A stretch of DNA of 38,551 bases. It comes from an uncultured Erysipelotrichaceae bacterium (GTDB lineage: Bacteria > Bacillota_I > Bacilli_A > RF39 > UBA660). The notes under the pieces were generated by a model. It saw only the letters and a list, made by a program, of their open reading frames with translations. It was not told where the DNA came from and did no database searches. Shown here piece by piece: positions 36,104-38,551 of this stretch. Where the stretch lies: NCBI GenBank assembly GCA_902782835.1, contig CACZOQ010000011.1, positions 1 through 38,551 of the forward strand. The letters run 5' to 3'. Made by a program: the position numbers and the translations under genes. How positions within the stretch are numbered: the first letter of the stretch is position 1; every line of letters starts with the position of its first letter.

Positions 36104-37030
36104 ATGAAGAAAGCATTAAAATTATTATTTATCTCACTAATATGATTAAGTATTACAAACGTACAAGCCAGTACTAAGACATTTGATCGAAATGATTTAG
36201 AAAACTATGGAGTAAAAAAGAAATGGGATATTACAAGTAAAAATTTAAATAATGTTTTAAATACAAAAGCAGTAGACTCTTCCGAAAAAATATATGATTA
36301 TGCTGATTTATTAACAGATGAACAAGAAGAAATGCTAAAAGAAAAAATGTCCAATTTTATTGAAGAAAATAAGATGGATATCGTAATTGTAACAGATAGT
36401 TTTTATTATGCTACGGATGGGAAAAATGAAGAATATGCATCAGATTTTTACGACTATAATGATTTTGGAATGCAATTTGAAAATTATAGTGGAGTTTTAT
36501 TATTAAGAAATGCTTATGAACAAGATCCATATTTTGATATGTATTCATTTGGAAATGCCCAATTGTATTTTACACAAACAGAATATGATAGCATCTTAGA
36601 TGGTATTTATGATGATCTACATTCTGGAAACTATTTAGATGGATTTTTATCTTTCGTTTCTAGAACAGATTCCTATATAAAATCAGGCCCTCCTTCAGCT
36701 ATGAAAAACTATTATGTTGACGAAAAGGGATATTTAAAACAATACTATCGTATTCCTTGGTTAATATCCATAGGAATATCATCCATTTTAACATTAATTA
36801 TTATGATTATTTTAGTAAATAAAAATAAAATGGTAACCAAGGCAAGACAAGCTGAAGATTACGTAAATAAAGATTCTATTCATATAACCAATCGAAAAGA
36901 TGTATTTGTAGGATCGCATACAAGTAGTTATACATCTTCTTCCAGTAGTGGAGGAGGGGGTGGAGGATTTTCATCCCATAGTGGTTCTTCTGGTGGAGGT
37001 CACAGTAGTGGTGGAGGACGCCATGGCTAA
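36104..37030 (+). pseudogene. TPM-domain membrane protein with a Gly/Ser tail, interrupted by an in-frame TGA at codon 14 (pseudogene, readthrough or sequence error)
   Basis: GGAGGT RBS and ATG at 36104; signal peptide MKKALKLLFISLI*LSITNVQA. The frame continues through the TPM start motif IYDYADLLT into ORF 36332..37030. Confidence 0.7.
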
Positions 37031-37115
37031 AAATTCACAGAACCATAATGAAAATTTCATATAGATTTCACAATAATAGAATATGATGATTAAGAAAGAA
37101 GTAAGAGGTGATAAT

Positions 37116-38336
37116 ATGTCAGAAAGATTAGATGACGAAGAAGAATATATAAAACCAAAAAAGAATACCAAGAAAAAAGGAAAAGGAATTACATTAATCG
37201 TAACATTCTTTATCTTATTAATAATAGTTGCCTTTGTAATTGCGCTAAATAATGTTGGATTACTAAAAATAGAACAATTAAAACCAGTAGGTGGTAAGAA
37301 AGCAGAATTAAACTATACACAAACAACAGATAAAGTAAAAGAAGGAATTTATATTACTGATGTATCTGAAATTGTTGAAGAAGCTATCCCTTCCATTGTA
37401 GCAATTACAAGTAAAACATTAGTAAAATCTGGTATGTTTGGACCAAGTTATTTTGGTCAAGGACAATACTCTGAAGGGGCAGGTTCAGGAATTATTGTTA
37501 GTAAGAATGATACAGAATTATTAATTTTAACGAATAATCATGTTATTGAAGGTGCTGAAGAATTATCTGTTCAATTTGTAAATGAAAAAAGTGTAGATGC
37601 AACTGTAAAAGGAACTTCTGAAAGAAAAGATGTAGCTGTAATAGCTGTAAAATTAAGTGACTTAGATAATGCAACCATTGAATCCATTAAAATTGCAACA
37701 CTAGGTGACAGCAAAGAATTAAAAGCAGGAAATGGTATTATTGCAATTGGGAATGCATTAGGTTATGGACAATCTGTAACAGCAGGAGTTGTTAGTGCCG
37801 TAAACAGAGAAGTGACAATTGATAATATAACTTCAAAAATGATTCAAATTGATGCAGCTATTAATGGTGGAAATAGTGGAGGAGCATTATTAAATAGTAA
37901 AGGAGAAGTTGTAGGTATTAACTCTGCCAAGTATTCATCAAGTGGTTCAAGTACCTCTGCTAGTATTGAAGGAATGGGTTTTGCAATTCCAATTAGTGAT
38001 GTAAAAGATTTGATTACTTCATTAATGAATGGTGAAGATAGTAATGATGCTGCAATGGGTGTTGAAGGATATATGATTACAGAGGATCAAAGCAAATCAT
38101 ACAATATGCCAGTAGGTTTCTATATTTCTAAAATTGTAGAAGGCAGTGGTGCAGATAAAGCAGAATTAGAAATAGGGAATATTATTACAGAAATTGATGG
38201 AAACAAAGTAGAAAAATTCAGTGATTTAACTGACGTAATCTACAATAAGAAAAAAGGAGATAAAGTAAAAATAAAAATAAGTTATGCAAGTGGCAGAAAA
38301 TATAAAGAAAGAGAAGTAGAAATAACTTTATCATAA
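37116..38336 (+). CDS. htrA: HtrA/DegP serine protease with a PDZ domain
   Basis: TM anchor; GSG, TNNHV, DVAV and DAAINGGNSGGAL; C-terminal PDZ. GAGGTG RBS before the ATG at 37116. Confidence 0.93.
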   Translation: MSERLDDEEEYIKPKKNTKKKGKGITLIVTFFILLIIVAFVIALNNVGLLKIEQLKPVGGKKAELNYTQTTDKVKEGIYITDVSEIVEEAIPSIVAITSKTLVKSGMFGPSYFGQGQYSEGAGSGIIVSKNDTELLILTNNHVIEGAEELSVQFVNEKSVDATVKGTSERKDVAVIAVKLSDLDNATIESIKIATLGDSKELKAGNGIIAIGNALGYGQSVTAGVVSAVNREVTIDNITSKMIQIDAAINGGNSGGALLNSKGEVVGINSAKYSSSGSSTSASIEGMGFAIPISDVKDLITSLMNGEDSNDAAMGVEGYMITEDQSKSYNMPVGFYISKIVEGSGADKAELEIGNIITEIDGNKVEKFSDLTDVIYNKKKGDKVKIKISYASGRKYKEREVEITLS

Positions 38337-38362
38337 AAGAGTCATAATAAATGACTCTTTTT
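38335..38362 (+). terminator. Intrinsic terminator
   Basis: AAAAGAGTCAT-AATAA-ATGACTCTTTTT. Confidence 0.85.
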
Positions 38363-38383
38363 CTTATTATTTTTAAAAAAACA

Positions 38384-38411
38384 TTGACAACACTCAAATT
38401 TTTAGTATAAT
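38384..38411 (+). promoter_or_regulatory. Consensus sigma-A promoter (stable-RNA type)
   Basis: TTGACA-16 bp-TATAAT with an A/T-rich UP element. Confidence 0.85.
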
Positions 38412-38414
38412 TAA

Positions 38415-38479
38415 ATATGTCTACTTATTTAGTCGACTCGGCGTTCGGAAATTTAGGCTGGGTTCGATTAAAGACATAT
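38415..38479 (+). ncRNA. Putative 65-nt hairpin RNA / structured tRNA leader
   Basis: Three stacked helices containing G-U pairs fill the whole gap between the promoter and the tRNA. Confidence 0.4.
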
Positions 38480-38551
38480 GCGGATGTAGTTTAATGGTAG
38501 AACCCCAGCCTTCCAAGCTGACTACGGGAGTTCGATTCTCCTCATCCGCTC
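38480..38551 (+). tRNA. tRNA-Gly(TCC)
   Basis: Acceptor stem GCGGATG/CATCCGC, D arm, anticodon TCC at 38512-38514, TTCGATT T-loop and U73. The CCA end is cut by the window edge. Confidence 0.96.

Noticed and set aside
36920-37025. GGT/GGA/AGT low-complexity repeat
   Set aside because: It encodes the usual Gly/Ser tail of TPM-domain proteins.
3273-37171. Short antisense or alternate-frame ORFs in the track (e.g. 5385-5666, 23873-24142, 28522-28791, 29922-30194)
   Set aside because: They are shadows of well-supported genes, with no RBS or motif support and compositions typical of reverse-frame translation.
38415-38479. Leader hairpin as SRP RNA, a second tRNA or a terminator
   Set aside because: It lacks the SRP domain IV motif, does not fold into a cloverleaf and has no U-tract.
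1-38551. Full genetic-code reassignment (UGA=Trp/Gly, or CGG/AGG changes known in some uncultured Bacilli)
   Set aside because: Long ORFs are intact under code 11, Trp is encoded by TGG, and CGG occurs at expected Arg positions (NTIRKA, GWYRR). Only one in-frame TGA was found.
1-38551. CRISPR array, IS element or integrase at the tRNA
   Set aside because: No regularly spaced repeats, transposase or integrase were seen; sequence downstream of the tRNA is outside the window.

Overview
AT-rich, gene-dense chromosomal segment of a low-GC Firmicute. It is probably an uncultured gut Bacilli lineage such as RF39; this is inferred from composition and protein style only. Bases 1-11.7 kb are the distal part of a cell-envelope glycan operon: GT-B and GT2 glycosyltransferases, an acyltransferase-3, two paralogous DUF6020-like GT-C membrane proteins (one fused to a GtrA flippase), a third polytopic membrane protein, a UbiA-type polyprenyl-phosphate phosphoribosyltransferase and a HAD phosphatase. 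Together these look like a lipid-linked pentofuranose decoration pathway. The rest is mixed housekeeping and accessory genes: lipid kinase, Cys-repeat surface protein, FemABX, TSCPD protein, uracil permease-upp, GH25 muramidase, YlmH, a degenerate P1B ATPase, mnmA, Fic, a membrane-anchored XRE regulator with a CXXC lipoprotein, gpmI, HtpX, an M16 pair, Zn-ribbon and TPM proteins, HtrA and tRNA-Gly(TCC). No mobile element or CRISPR array was seen. The strongest unexplained signals are: (i) an unannotated 28-codon leader ORF plus terminator before the uracil permease-upp operon, resembling a PyrR-independent UTP-sensing attenuator; (ii) an XRE-TM-6Cys sensor with tandem operators ahead of a CPWC lipoprotein; (iii) an in-frame TGA in the signal peptide of the TPM gene; (iv) a tRNA-Gly with a C27-A43 mismatch, preceded by a 65-nt hairpin leader; and (v) a P1B ATPase lacking its TGE and metal-binding motifs.
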